A stretch of 64,000 nt of DNA from Mizuhopecten yessoensis (Eukaryota), in contig NW_018404833.1 of assembly GCF_002113885.1 (NCBI RefSeq), positions 463,235 through 527,234 of the forward strand. The letters run 5' to 3'. Both the position numbers and the translations under genes were made by a program. Below the pieces are notes generated by a model. It was not told the DNA's origin, made no database searches, and was given only the letters and a program-made list of their open reading frames with translations. Shown piece after piece: positions 40,879 through 56,800 of this stretch (the stretch's first letter is position 1; each line of letters begins with the position of its first letter).

Positions 40879-41729
40879 AGACTTTCATGAATATTCCATT
40901 TTATATTTATCATTAAAATCTCATGCTCATGTTCGTTATTACTTTTTGTCAATAACATTATCATGATTTATTAAATACATATTTAATACCACTTAATAGA
41001 TAATTTGTATATGGGACTAGGAAATGTAAATATGATACCGTATATGACATTAAAACATTTTGAAATATTTCAATGACTTTAATATGTCTAAATATTGTAA
41101 AGAATTATGCAAAAATATAATCAATAATACCTGTTATAAATACCTTTAATAGACTTTAATGTTTAACGATTAAATAATATTTCATAACAATTATATTTTT
41201 ACTTCACTTGGAATGTTACCACGTCTGGATCCAAGCCCAGCCTAGAATATATGGATTACAGGTGGTAAATATAAAAAAGAATGCACAACCAAACCTCGAT
41301 ATTAACACCTGGTGTTTCCCTTCCAGCTAAGTTTGAGCTTAATTTCTCGTAAAACTATATATGTACAACACCACAGAAGAAAAAAAATTAATCTCCAAAC
41401 CAGATACCTTTTTAACAATCTTATGTTCAGTCATTAATGGGGTATAAGTAATACATGTCCTCAGTATTGAAATGTAACAAATATAACACCACCTGTTTTA
41501 TATAATCACTGCTGGATCGATAGCTGTGCAGTGTAATCACAGGTAACAAATTGTAAGGTGACAACACAGTAATGATAACAATTCAACCAGCCATTGCATG
41601 GAAATGTAAGCACAATATAAAATCTGTAACAGAGCCGAAAATACAGCATGTATCGAGGCAACAGAAAAATTCTTATTTAACACAGAAAAAAAACTTTCTT
41701 TTTGTTTGTTTTTAAAGATGCTGACTCCA

Positions 41730-41885
41730 TCATGTGGCACCGTGTTTGGACACCTCAAACAACCCTCGTTTGAAGAAAGTCTCAAAGTCACACAAAACTT
41801 GTTTGGTGAGATATTTGTTGTTGGAGGAATGCAGGGAACAAGATGGCGTTCTTTGACAGATGGACAAGAAATTCTGCATGTACAA
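41730..41885 (-). CDS. KIF16B: KIF16B terminal coding exon
   Basis: ttacag| LYMQNFLSICQRTPSCSLHSSNNKYLTKQVLCDFETFFKRGLFEVSKHGAT* (TGA). Confidence 0.92.
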   Translation of the reverse strand: MYMQNFLSICQRTPSCSLHSSNNKYLTKQVLCDFETFFKRGLFEVSKHGAT

Positions 41886-44800
41886 CTGTAAACAAAGCAG
41901 TAAACAATAAATTAATCCTATATAATTAAGGCTGTTGAAATATTGTGTGTGAAGTACAAAAATTACTACCCTTCATTATTTTTCGTAGGTTTGCTAAAAT
42001 GATATAATTTCACATCAGAGGCCATCGCTACAGTAACGACAAATTTCTTTGCTGTAATATTGCTAGTTGTATTTTTTTGCAGTATCTAGAAATCCATAGA
42101 AACAAGAAGCAAAAAGGGAAAAAAACCTCTAGTATTTTCAGTACGAGTTGCGACAGTCACTATTTTCTGGAGAGCTCCAACAAAGGAACATCTCCATTTC
42201 TACCTTACCTTGACAAATTAAAGGGCGTATGCAAAAAAAATACTTTTACATGTTCCCCCTTCCCCCATGAATTCCACATTTGGTGAATTTAATGATGGAA
42301 GAACATTATTTTAGGAAAGGGTATGAATTTATGAAGTGGACGTGTGAAATTAAGAAGAACATTATTATTCTTGATATATATTGTTTCTATTTGTCACAAC
42401 ACTCCGAAACTGTGCATTTTTATCTCTGTCTATAAGTTCTTCACAGTTCTGGTCTAAGTGCATGCGTCAATGATGGAGTATTTCTCGGCCACTTGAACTG
42501 TTTCAACCTGGATATGTAAAAAGCACTCCAGTTCTGTGTCTTTTGGAATATTTGACGATGTTTATCAAAAATGTTGAATGGGATACAACTCTAAAGTAAA
42601 TCACAGTACTTAATTTAAATGATCTTCACTATAATTTGGAAAAGAAAACTAATATGAAATTATTAACATACCTCTAATTGTTTCTGCCTTTCTGCCACTA
42701 CCTTTTCAGATCTACTGAACAGTTTCTTTGGAGGAAAGACCAGTGAATTTATCTGTAAAAGAGCAAATTTAAATATAATCTGAGTCTTAATAGTCTAAAA
42801 GTCGAAATTAACATTTCTTTGAATATAAAAAGTGATAAATATTTCTATGATAATCGGGGAGTTAATTATTCTAGAAAGTGATCAGAAACATGACTACCCC
42901 ATATTGAAATAAACGATCATTTTTCAGAAAATATTTTCAAACGGCGGAGGAGTTTCTAACAAATTTATGTCTTATGAAGCTTGTAAATACACGTTGAATG
43001 TAAAAAGAATGCTAATTTTTGTTTACAAACAAACCTCAGGTATTTTGCGTTTCCAGTCTTGATGTACCTGTCGAAACCTGCTGTATCTACGATAAATTGT
43101 CCAGGAATCATCTCCAATAATGACCTGGAAGTTTGTAATAGACTTTTTATCAAGCAGCAATTTATTTTAATTTTTGTAAGGAATCCCAGACTCAATTTCT
43201 TTAAAGCCAGCCTGTCTCATTTTAAAGCCATTAATTTATTTACACAGTTAGGCATAAACGGTTTGTTTTCAAGAACTTTTTTAACTTTTGAAGTTTGAAA
43301 TTGAGGGTGTGTAAATTAAACAGCTACAGATATTTATATATTTTTTTTAAACAAAAACATTGTTATATATGAATCCTTTAAATTCTTTTTGTAATAAAAA
43401 TTCACATTGAGAACTCAAAAATATTTTTAACACAAAAGAAATCTTTGGAGGATAAAGCATGATTGACATTGTTATGTCCATGTACAATATTTGATCGTTT
43501 ATTATTTAATTGATATAAACACAAACAGTACAAAAAAGTTCTTACTTTCACTTCATATTCGTAATGGTGGTCAGATCCGTAACCTTGGAGACGGTACGTT
43601 GGAATCGTAACCTTCAGTAGATTTAGGTCACCGGACAGAGTGAGACTACTACCTAGGGGCTCAATCTGGGAAACAAATTAATTGATAATGATAAAAGTAA
43701 TAACTATTTCAAGGTTCTTATATACCGCTTTATCACAACCTAGGTCCTAGGACATCTCAAAGCAGTTCAAAAATAATTATCCGATAGGGCCTTTGCAACC
43801 AGCCAATATCTTTCTAAATTCCTTGGGGAGCATACAGCCAGTGGTGCAATTTCGGCGCTCACAGCTAGCATTCAACATTTCAAGAACTGCCCAACCACAT
43901 ACACATTTACAGCTGAGTAGAACGAAACAAGCATAGAAAAGTATCTTGTTTAAGGATACAACACAGTGCCGTCCCGTGACGTGACTCAAACCCGCAACCT
44001 TTCGGTCAGGAGCCTGACATTCTACCACAAGACTACCATACCTCCTAATAATAATTCATTTTTATTTTCTGTGCAAAAATATAATTCACTATATATAATT
44101 CACCACTCAAAGTTGGGAAATGAGGAATTCTCTCCCCCACTCCTATGTTCACACTTTCCTCTGTTGAAGAATGGTAAAGTCAACATAGAGCAAAATTTAA
44201 CTGCCACAAAGACATTTAGTCTTAAAACAGCTGAGGGTGAATCCAACACTGGGCTAACTCATATTAAAGGCAAGATGGCAAAATTCTGGTGGGGAAAAAA
44301 TCTTGCAGGCAAACTAATTCCATGTCTAATATTTAATGCCAATTAAAGGTGTAACTGCTTTCATTTGCATTAACAACATAACAATGTATAAATTCCAGAC
44401 TAGTCGACTCAAAATTTAAACATTTCATAAAAACTCTGTAAAAAGTATACAGATGACAGTACTAGTATATGTGTTTGGTGAAACTTTTTAACGACAAACC
44501 TGAATATATCATTTTCCCTTTTTATCTCAAATATCAAAGTTTTTTATTAGTCCGATCATCTTTTATTTCTAATTCAATGCAGATGTAACAAACATGTCAT
44601 TAAGAAACATTTTTAGTAATCCTAATGACTATAGGATACATTGTTTGGTTGTAACACATTTGAAAGACAATGTAAAGATAATGTTAAGATAATGTAAAGA
44701 CAATGTAAAGATAATGTAAAGACAATGTAAAGATAATGTAAAGACAATGTAAAGATCATGTAAAGATATAGATAATGTAAAGATAAAGATCATGTAAAGA

Positions 44801-47800
44801 TAATGTAAAGACAATGTAAAAGTAATGCAAAGATAAATTAATGTAAAGATAAACAAAAGATTTTTTTTAAAGTACCAGAAATACCATCATAATTTTATCA
44901 AAAGTAAAACCTGTTCATTGATTGGTGTTTCTATATTTCAATGATGATGTCACAACACATGGCTGTTGTAACTTTATTTTATCAAGGTGACTCAAAGTAA
45001 TCATTACACTTCTCCCATTAAAGGATGTATTCCATTCTTAAATCTGAAAACTCACACAACATCTTGCTTTTTATCCGAGTTACGTGTGATAATAATACAT
45101 TGGGAGAATGATTTTAAAATTTTGAACTTACACTGTGGCGACGAGGTGACCCTGTGCCATCCTGTCCCGTGTCTGATGACTGAAATACAATGTGCAAACA
45201 GGGTGAGGAATTGGACTGGAAATATCACTGATATGTTCAAAAGAAGGAAACACACAACAGAAACATTTAGGTATACATAAAATCAATGTAACAGTGAGTT
45301 TTTCAATTCATTTCAGTGTTACTACACTACACAGGTAGATTGATAGACTGACCGTCACCGTCCTAACAACACAGGTTATGAGACAACTCTATCCACAGAG
45401 AGTGGAACCATAGAGCTGTACTACTAGACTTCAAAATGTACTCACCATTACTGAAGCATAAGGGTTAGACTTGCTGGAATTTGCTGATTTGGATGGTTTT
45501 CCATTGCTGAAAAGACAATGTTTTAGACCTTAATTCAAAATAATTGTCTTGTCAAAAGTATCATGCTAACGATTAAATAGTCAATAAGATTTGTTTATCT
45601 ACTTCAAAGAAAAAGAAACACCAGCTAGTTATTATCGAGTTCATTGCAAATTATAGATTTCTTTTTTTTTCTTGTGAACAAAATCAAAATAAACTGAAAA
45701 ACGTCCAGAAGGAATACTGAAGGAAAGATATAGCGATCAAAATTTGTATGTGTGTAAGTGTTCTTCACCTGTAAACAGAGTTTTATTTACAAAAAAAAGC
45801 TATTACCATATCTGACTTGCAATTAGCTGACAGGAGCTTGAGGCACATAAATATAATCTCTGACTCAATTTTGTGTGGAGGTAGGATTGGGATTGGGGGG
45901 TGGGCTTATTACAGGACAATGGAGTAGCATTTCTAGTTACTTCTACTTGGCTATCAAAGATATGGGTGGGGTTATAAACAAGCATGGGCGTAATGCTGGA
46001 TAACAATGGTAGACACTACTGGTCAGTTGTGTTACTGGCCCTTTAATACATGGTACTGAGAATAGCACAGTCAAACCTGTATTAAGTAACCATCCTTAGC
46101 ATGGGACATTCAAACAGTGGTCTCTTAATGAAGGTGGTCTCTCAGTACAGGTTGAAATCATACACTAGGTGGTCACAATACATACTCACCAACCAGAGTA
46201 AATGTTTAGAAACATACAGGTGGTCTCTTAACTCTTTCACCCCTATGTAGCTTTAATGAACTCTACCATACATAATTGATATGGGTAAGTCCATTATGGT
46301 CCACAGTGGTGGAAGGGGTAAGGGAGATGTGGCTGTACCTGATCTTCTCTAGCCTGGCCTTCAGCTGACGCACTTCTCGGTTGTGCTGTTCCTTTATCTT
46401 CTGTATCTCCTCCGCTCTGTCCTGCTGCTCCTTCTTTCGCTCCACCTTTCTCCTATTCTCTCGCTCGACTTTCTCTTCAAACATTCTTCTCTTCACCTCC
46501 TGCTCAACCAAGGCATTTATTCTACAACAAAATTAATCTTGCTGCGTAAGATTTAGCCTGAAAATGTACAACTGACCTAGGTAATAACTAGGAATTGTAT
46601 TGGACTTGCTGAATCCTCCTGCAAATATTGCAAATATAACCACTGTTAAAACAGAGCTGTGAAAATATCGATTAAAACCAAATTGGGTCAAATAATGTAA
46701 TTTCTCTTTCCGCTAGACTTTTTTTTTTTTTTAAATCAAGTTAATGTACCCGTTACTTTTTAAATTTCCTTCCTAATATCATGTTAATTGTGGTGATTCA
46801 TACCATAACAGATTTCAGACTAGACCAAAGTTATTTCAATTGTACGGTAAAAGTGGCAATTTTTGCATGGGGAAATGTTTGCATTGTGTCATTAAGCTGA
46901 TTGTGGTGTGGTAATCTTCACATTGGTAATTGTTCTGAAACCTATACATTCTATACACCTATTGTCTACCAATAAATATTCTATACACTTATTGTCTACC
47001 AATAAATATTCTATACACTTATTGTCTACGAATAAATATTCTATACACCTATTGTCTACGAATAAATATTCTATACACTTATTGTCTATAAATAAATATT
47101 CTATACACCTATTGTCTATGAATAAATATTCTATACACCTATTGTCTACGAATAAATATTCTATACACCTATTCTACGAATAAATATTCTATACACCAAT
47201 TGTCTACGAATAAATATTCTATACACATATTGTCTACGAATAAATATTCTATACACATATTGTCTACGAATAAATATTCTATACACATATTGTCTACAAA
47301 TAAATATTCTATACACATATTGTCTACGAATAAATATTCTATACACCTATTGTCTACGAATAAATATTCTATACACCTATTGTATACGAATAAATATTCT
47401 ATACACCTAGTGTCTACAAATAAATATTCTATACACTTATTGTCTACAAATAAATAATCTATACACCTATTATCTACAAATAAAAATTCTATACACCTAT
47501 TATCTACAAATAAATATTCTATACACCTATTATCTACAAATAAATATTCTATACAACTATTATCGACAAATAAATATTCTATACACCTATTATCTACAAA
47601 TAAATATTCTATACACCTATTATCTACAAATAAATATTCTACACACCTATTATCGACAAATAAATAATCTATACACTTATTATCTACAAATAAATATTCT
47701 ATACAGCTATTGTCTACAAATAAATATTCTATACACCTAATATCTACAAATAAATATTCTATACACCTATTATCTACAAATAAATATTCTATACACCTAT

Positions 47801-50800
47801 TGTCTACAAATAAATAATATTCTATACACCTATTATCTACGAATAAATATGCTATACACCTATTATCTACGATTAAATATTCTATACACCTATTGTCTAC
47901 GAATAAATATTCTATACACCTATTGTCTACGAATAAATATTCTATACACCTATTGTCTACGAATAAATAAATATTCAAGTGTGGATATTTTCAGTCTAGT
48001 TCACTCAACAGGAAAAAACGCATACCTTTCCACATTGCAAAATTTTTCACTTTTCCATTAATATTTTCTGGATTTTATTACAATTTTTCATTTATTTTCA
48101 ATATACACAGAACAGTCTAAATCGTGGGTTTCAACGTTTACTGTCATCACAGTCGACACACGTACCTCTCTTGTCTCTCCATCTCCTGCAGCTTGAGTAC
48201 CTCATACTCGATCTTGTCCATTTCGGCATTCCTCTCCTCCTCAAACCGTCGTTGTTTCTCCTCCAGATCTGATCTCCCTGCCTCCATTTCCTTCCTCAGT
48301 GCTTCTATCTCCTGTAGAAATTATGTAATTAAAACCTCAAGATAGCAACCTCCAGTAAACAATAAATATTTCTTTACTGAAGCAGTTTTGAAAATACGGT
48401 ATTTCAGGAAACATTACATATTTTTATTTTTATACCTCTAGTGAAAATCCTATAATCTGATTGGTCGAAACAAATTATTCATTTTACACTGTCACATTCG
48501 CTACAACATTGAGTCAACGGGAGATTGCTTCCCAACGCCCTAGCAACGGGTGACAGTGTGTGTAACAGTGCAAAATAGTAACCGTGCAAAGAAGATGCGC
48601 AAATGGTTTGTTTCAACCGACATTTTTTTGCTTGCGAATCATCACGCATGTAGTTCTGCAGGTGCTCGTCGGTGATTAGTTTGAAGATGTAACGCTGAGA
48701 TGAGTGAGATTTCCAAGCGCTTCATTCATGTGATAGTCAGAAGAAACAATCGGCCGTCTGCTCAATGAAGTAAAGAATGGCAAGATTTGCAGATGTCAAG
48801 TTTGGTGATTTGGATAAACTTTTGACGACGGATAAGAACTCTAAAACATGCAGCGTACCATCAAACGAACATACAAAAAGCAGTTGGAATTGATATGAAA
48901 AAACAAGTGTTTTTGGGTAGTGAAACAAAAGGACACTATCACCGATGATATGAAGAAGCTTTTGGTAACTCCAAAGTCTGTTTCAACAATTAGATTGTAG
49001 ATGATGATATGAAGAAGCTTTTTGGTTACTCCATAGTCTGTTTCAACAATTAGATTGTAGATGATGATATGAAGAAGCTTTTTGGTTACTCCATAGTCTG
49101 TTTCAACAATTAGATTGTAGATGATGATATGAAGAAGCTTTTTGGTAACTCCATAGTCTGTTTCAACAATTAGATTGCCTTTAGGTATTATAAAATAAAT
49201 ACTACAATCATTAGAGTGTGACAGTGCCTATATATGTGCAATCGCACATGACATCACTTTTCATGACATTATTTGTGATTGGCCAAGTCAAAATGTTAGA
49301 CAATTTTAAGCTTAAGATTGTTTCATGATCCTGGGGCCTGGTCTAGTGAGCGTCAATATTTCACAATACTAAATCAATGATACTAGTTTTAGAAGCTACA
49401 GATTATATTTTCTTTACAACATCACAATGCTTCCTGCAAAATGCAGTACTTTTCTCTTGAAGTGTTGATGCACTCCAACTTGCTCAATGATATCAAACAG
49501 CATTATGTTACATCTGAAATATTATTTTTATTTTTTATTTATTTTAAATTGGTACATAAGTGGTTAAATATGAATCTGGAAAGTGATGTTGACCATGACT
49601 CCATCTTGTTACTGCCTATGTTATTGGGCAGTTGTGATTTATTTTTTAGTTGAAATATGGTGTTCTGGGCATATAATTAAGACAGTTGGCGGTATTATTT
49701 GTACCTAGTGGAATTTTTAAACAAGTGATCTATGAGTTTCTATTGTATGTTGCACAATATTAAGCAAACAAATAAGTCCCTACTTACCTGCATCTTCCTC
49801 TCCAGTCTGGCATCTTCAGACAGCCTCTCCCCACTGTTTTCTTCTGCTTCACACAATGCTGTAGCTTCTTTGTTCATCAGTAACCTTTAGTTATCCAAAT
49901 ATACAGAATTCTTTACACCAATGTCAAGCACCCTTATCTTTTTGAGTTTTGTTTTTTCCCCGATATTGAGCTCAATGACATCACTTTAAAAATAACAATT
50001 GTACATTTATAACAATAAGTGATTTTAAAAAATTGTTTCTAAATACCCTGGTAAATTGAAATTTACATCAACACTTGTTTCATTTTGTTTCATTTTTTAT
50101 CTTATCACTTACCTTTATTAATTTTTTATTTGATTTTTTTTTCTATAAGTGATCAGATAAAAAAAAATGAAAAAAAATGAAACAACTGTTAATGTCAATT
50201 AACCATGGTATTTAGAAACAATTTTTAATCTAATTTAATTTAATTTGATTTATCAAAGCATTAATTATCAACATAAAATTTCCCTTGCAATATTAAATTT
50301 TAACCAAATTACATTTTATGGAATATCAATATTTGTTTCAAAATTGCCTCTTCCTTCAAGGTAATTTTTTTTGTAAGAATCAAATTTTTGTAATTCTTAT
50401 TTCCAAAATAAAATTTTCTGCAAAAACACAACCTGCAAAATCTTAGCCAATTAATCAATCTTTACTATAGAAACTTGTACAATGTACAATTGTCATTAAA
50501 CCTGAAATCTGTGAAAACCAAATCCTGACAAATTGACAATTTTAGCAAAGTTGCAAAAATCTAATGACAGTGAAAAAAGCACAATTTTAAAAGATTTTCT
50601 AGAGAAATATTATTAGAAGACATCCAAACTTTCTATATCATTTTAATTTTTTTGATCAGATTAACTAAAAGATAACTTCAGATATACCAGTAATGCCACT
50701 TATGGTATGTTGTGATATATACCTTTCTCTTTCTGATTGTATTGTCTTCAGCTCCTTTTTGTAGTCAGTTTCCACCTCTATGACCTTGTTACTGATATCG

Positions 50801-53800
50801 GTCAGCGTCTTACTGACCGCTTCCTCGTCCAGCATGTTGGCGGTCAGCTTCTCCTGCCTCTGCCCTATTTCCTCCAGCTCCCCTGTGGTCGAGTCCACCA
50901 CCTCACTCAATTTATCATCACAGCACACCAACTCCTTATCAATCCTGTTGACCGATTCACGTGCACTGGTCAAAACCTTTTCCTTTTCTGAGATTCTTTG
51001 TAACATTGTCCCTAACTCCTCATCAGAGCTGAGTATTACATCGTGTTTCTTAGACTCTATTTCTTTCAGTTTTTCTTTTTTCTTTAGCTCCATTTCATCC
51101 ATTTCCTTTTCTATGTCGTCAACTAGCTCCTTCTCCTCACGAGTGACTCTTTCTTCCTCCTCTTTCAGAAGAGTTCTTGCCATTTCTAATTCATGTTTTT
51201 CATGTTCAAATTTCTCTCTTTCTTCATCACTCATATCCTGCAGGTTTTGTTCCCGTAACTTATGTTTCCTCTCATGTTCTGACAAATCCTTCCATGCTTC
51301 CTCTATATGCTGGTTCTTGACTTCAATCATTTCAAAAGGAGGACGCCATTTATCCGTCATAGCTTCTTTATCTTTTTCCCACTGAGCGAGAAACTCACAT
51401 TTGTTCTGTTCAAGTGACAGGTTTTCTGATTTCACATCATTGTTATTATCCAGTATAGAACTTTTTCCAATTTCAAATTTAGATTGCATGTCTTTTAGTT
51501 CATTCATATCAGCACTTAATTTCTGTTCAACCTACAAAANCACCCCCCTTAAATGGCAAATGGCCTTCTTTTGGACAAATGCAAGTAATTGAAATCAAGA
51601 TGGATTGTAACTCTATAAATGTATACACGTCCACAATGTCAAGTATATATGTGACACTCAGCAATCCAAACAGGTGCTCACATACTTACCTGTGACTTTT
51701 GACACATGAGATCCTTGACCTTAGCTGTGACCTCTACCTCAGTGTCAGCCTTTAACTTGTCTAGTTCAGCTCGTCTGCTAACCAGGGCCTGGAGCTGTGA
51801 CGTCTGCTCCTCGTGTTGTCGGCGAATTTTCTCACTTTCCTGTTGCATATAAAAAATACCCTCGAATCATGAAGATCTTATTTGGATAGTTACATTCTGT
51901 ACATAGTATTCAGCAGGTGTCCTGGAAATCATAAACTCAAAAATATACAGTTAACCTCAACATTGTACTGCCATCTTACCGAAACCAAAACAAACACCCA
52001 TTTATATTCTGAAATTCAAAACGTGTCATTATCTTTTTAACAAATAAAAATTAGAAAAAGAAAATCAAACTGAAATTTTGACTTGTGAAATCATTTACTT
52101 TTGAGTGGAATTTATTTTTATTGATTTTTGAGATAATGTTCATTCACAATTTCTTTTGTTTCACAATCATTTTGTTTTATTCAGAACAGAAAAGACACAT
52201 GAAATCAAGCAATATATGTTATAATGCTAAAAAAATAATCTCAATTACCGAAGTTGCTCTTCATTTCAAAATTGATTTTTTTTACCTTGACATAGATAGA
52301 AATATTCATTGCTTTTTTACATAAAATTTAACAACAATCTGTTTCTTCATGCATATGAATTGGAAAAATGTAGCATTCCTTTTATTGTAATTGGACAGAT
52401 ATTCTTCATTTAGGAAAAATTAAAGTATTTTTATAGGAAAAGCAGCCTGTCTTGGGCTATAAAAATAGACCAAAAAAACCACTGATAAAATATACCTGGT
52501 CAAGGTTCTGTGTTTTGGCTGCAGCTTGCTGAGTAATGAATTGTTCTTTCTCCTCCAAAATCTTCAACTTTTCTCCAATGCTTATTTCCTGGAAGAAAAA
52601 AAAGATGTTATTTTATCACATTCTTTGGACAATGAATGCAGTCTGTAATATTGACTGTCAAATATGGGATATGACAATTAAACATTTTTCAATATATTTT
52701 CATCTTGCTTGATGAACCCCTATGGAAGTGTATTTAAGGAAGAAACTGGAATACCCTGGTAATACCGACAGGGATGTGACCCTAGACCATTTTATATCCA
52801 ATCACGAAATACAATTCCTACCATCTTGGTGAAAGACGACTGTGTCTACCAACCACCTTGACTTTTAGTAAAGACAACTGAGAACATCAATCCTTGACTT
52901 TGTATATAATTCAAATATTAAGCAATCTTTCAATATTTCTGAAACAACTCATGAGTAATGCATTGATCAGTGGCATTGATACATTAATCAAGTAAAAACA
53001 GAAAAACAGGCCAAAATTATAAAAGTAAAAACTCAAAAACCACAAGCAAGTAGGTAAAGAAGATCCAACTATATAATTATGATATAAATGGTATACAGTG
53101 TACTTTGTCCATGAAAATTACAGAATTTCATGCAAGCTTAACATGATAAATGTAAAATCATCAAACAGTTTGCATATCATTAAGTGCAAACTTCACAAAG
53201 GAAGGTACTATACAGTGGTGTCCCTTGATAATTGTCAATTAAAAATTCTGACATTTTGGCTCTTTATCTATTTTCTCTTTTGTGATGTCAATAATGTAAT
53301 CTGGAAACCATTAATGCCATTTCATTAAGATTTAAGTAAGACAAAATTAGTCATAATAAATGAGTTGTAAATCAATGCACAAAAATATGACATTGATGTA
53401 TTAATAGAGTTTCAAGATATAGTCATGTGACAAATTTAAACCATGCATGATATTCAATAGACCATCATTATGGATCCTTTCAAACTAGTACTAAGTGGAA
53501 CATATACTTAACAGAATATGGGTTTTAACGAAACATTGCAGCAAAAAAATTGCCACCTTTTTACATAATAGGTAGATCTTCAACTTTCTAACATATTCAG
53601 GAAAGCAAGATCCCTGTATTAATGACATTTTGTTTCAAAATTGCATCTGATTTTTTTTTAACAAAATCTTCTACCTCATCAAATTGTTCCTGCATCATCA
53701 GGAGCTGATCCTGCTTTTCCTGAACATATTTCTCTAGGCTATCCTGAGCCTCGTCCCGGTCCTCATCTGCCTTCATGTGTCTCTTCTCCAAACGGCCAAT

Positions 53801-56800
53801 CTGTAATCTACAATACACAAGCATAGATATAAGTGGAAACTGTATAAGTGTGCAGGTGTGAATATATCTGTAACAAATTCTACAACACTCACACGATTTT
53901 CTTCCATTCCCATGTTTAACTGATCCATGGCACCTCAAAGCCAAGCAAAAAACATACCCTCAATTGAGGGGAACACATACCGTTGGAGGAATAAAAGATG
54001 CCGTATCAATATATCATTGTCAAAGATTCTGATATTTGAACAGTAAGATTTCAACAACAGTACTTTAAAAATGGAATTAGAAGGGATTACTTTTTGTAAC
54101 ATAGTGCACAACTTCATACTGAAAACCCTCCAAAATCATTCAAAATGGTAACAAAATGTTTCAAAATGGTAACAAAATGTTCCAAAATAGTAACAAAATG
54201 TTTCAAAATGGTAACAAAATGTTAACAAAATGTTTCAAAATGGTAACAAAATGTATCAAATTATTGAAACCATTACAAGAAAGAAAATAACATTTGTATT
54301 TTATTCCTCTGGAAATTTTAATTACTTCTTAGTTGTTTGGAAACAGGAGAACATAATTCACTTAAATGCCCAGGAACATGACAAGGTAATTCAGTTTCCT
54401 GCTTCCTGTTCACTTAACTTATTTTAGAGATTACCTCCCTTTGTCCATATTATTTTGGCCATAAATCACTAAATAGAAAACAGCATTCCCATTATACAAC
54501 ATCCTAAACTTAATATGATTCCCATCACAATCGCTAAGTTTCGAAAGATTGGGTTGAAAACTGTGAGACTAGTTGTAGTCACCAGTTTATTTAGAGAGAC
54601 AGACAGTCAGCATGATAGCATAATGCGTTCCTCATTTGATTTGGCAGGCACACAAAAGGTTGTGAGGTGAACATTTTCATTAATTTCATTTTTATTAAAA
54701 ACACATTTATATATAGCACAAATTAGGTCTTTGCAAACACTGACATTCTATTATTCAGTATATATATTGCAATGGTATGGTATATGCAGTAATATTTCAG
54801 AAATAATTAAATCATAATACATGTTATGTTCAATTAAATTTTTCATAATTACACTTCTCATCATAATGTTTTCTGAATTTTGATTTCAACAATTACACAC
54901 ATCTAATTTTGTTTTGTTTTTTGAATTGGTATTTATATTCAAAAGTTAAAAACGAATCCAGGAAAATCACCTAAAAAGCAAGCAGGTATCAACACAAGAA
55001 TTTATCTCCACAAAACAAAAGCTCTCAAAATTGTAAGGCTTCCAGTTTGAAAACCACACTCTGTAAGAAAAGCAGGTCTAAAGAGCTGTGGTTTTACAGC
55101 ATTCTGATATATTTTCTATGTAACACAATGGACAGAGGCATACTACAGAGGGGAAAAGCCAAGAGAAATACAATACAGTCTAGTTACATCTTTTTATTAA
55201 GTAATAAACTGAACCCTCAAATCAGGATATCTCCAACAATTATGCTTTATCACAGAAAATGTCTAACAGATGTTCCTACTTTGTGACTCTATGCTGTAGT
55301 AATGAGCATGTTCATATTAAAGGCATAACAAGTAAAAATTAAAACATTGTTTATTCCGACAACATATTCTGACAGTTAAACAACATATGAAGGCATTAGA
55401 AATGTGAAATATATGCAAGAAAGCAAGATTCTAAAAGCTTTTAAATTTATTGAAAGAGGTTCTGACTGAAGTATATACAAATATCTTCAACCTAATCAAT
55501 GCTCTTTGTCAAACATTCCAGTAATTGTTAGAGAGTTACTATTCTCGAAACTTTTTTCCCCATGCTAACTGTGTATTCACTTCAATAATAAAAAAAACAA
55601 GTAAGGAATTACCTGGTATGTTCTTTTAAATTTATAATTAATCAAAACCTTCAGATACATTTTAGTAATTGTTCTTAAAATTTGCAAAACATAAACCCAC
55701 ATACACAATGTAATTCAAAAAAAAATCCACTGAGTCTGATAACTTTGCTTCTTATAATAAACTAAAAAAAAAGAATTTGTAAAATATTGAACCATCACCT
55801 ACATGCTTGGTTTAACAGAAAAAATTATATCAGTGTGTTTTTGTTCATCCTGACTCGGATCAGATATATATATAAAGTTTTTGAGAAGGAACTGTAGCTA
55901 TGCCAGACCCTTACCAAGAACGGGAGTACACAAATATACCCTGACAGCTGGTCATCGTCTACATGTCAGCCAATGTATCAATTTAGGCACATGTTTGAAT
56001 TCCTTCCTTATCTCTTCTATCACTAAATTTTGATATTTTCGAAGCTAGTTTATTAACATATCCGGGTTTAACTCAACTTTACTCAGTTGAATAAATTAAG
56101 CAGCTGATCTAATGCAAATAACACTGATGCTCAATTCAAAGTTGCATTGAATTATTCATGATCTTTAAAACAACTTTCATTAAAATGTTAATAAACATCC
56201 AGTTCATTTGTCGATACTTTAATTTGTGAAATTTGCAGAAAAAGTTTTCCATACTTAAGTATGACACTAAAATGTATATAATTTTTATGAAAATTAAAAA
56301 AAAAATTTTTTTTTAACAAATTAATAATTGCCAAACAGTCTTTTAAATTGAAATTTTCATTTCTTGAATTTTATATATCTTAAGTGCAACTAGAATATTT
56401 TAGTAACTAGCACTGTGCAGATAGCTGTATAGATTCCACTACGTATCCACACCAGTTCTTGAATGTACCCAACGAAGGTCATGGGAAAAACATTCCATAA
56501 AAAGCTTAAACTCACACTTGAACATTGCGAGCACGCAAATATTGCATATTCCTGCGAACGAAAGCAACGCATGCCATTTACAAAACTTAATCATTATCTA
56601 ACACAAATGTTATAGACTTTTAGCGCTAAATCAGTATCTAACACAAATGTTATGGAGTGATAATTAACATCATTAAGAAAGTATCTTAAAGAATAACTCT
56701 ATCTACTGATTAAAATATTTTGGTCAGTGAAATGATATAGATCATCAATATTCAGCAAAAAAAATATGGTTTTAATTCAAGAAGCGACTCTTTGGTTATA

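Noticed and set aside
45803-46040. Extra KIF16B exon
   Set aside because: Frames from the nearest acceptor hit stops, and the gene model is phase-consistent without it.
47169-47978. 269-aa ORF (CIEYLFVDNR repeats)
   Set aside because: Intronic 30-bp minisatellite; KIF16B phases join correctly without it.
50780-51385. Ser-rich 201-aa ORF on the + strand
   Set aside because: Antisense shadow of the KIF16B coiled-coil exon.
51540-51540. Single N near the acceptor of the large exon
   Set aside because: Assembly ambiguity that may hide missing intron sequence; not a biological signal.
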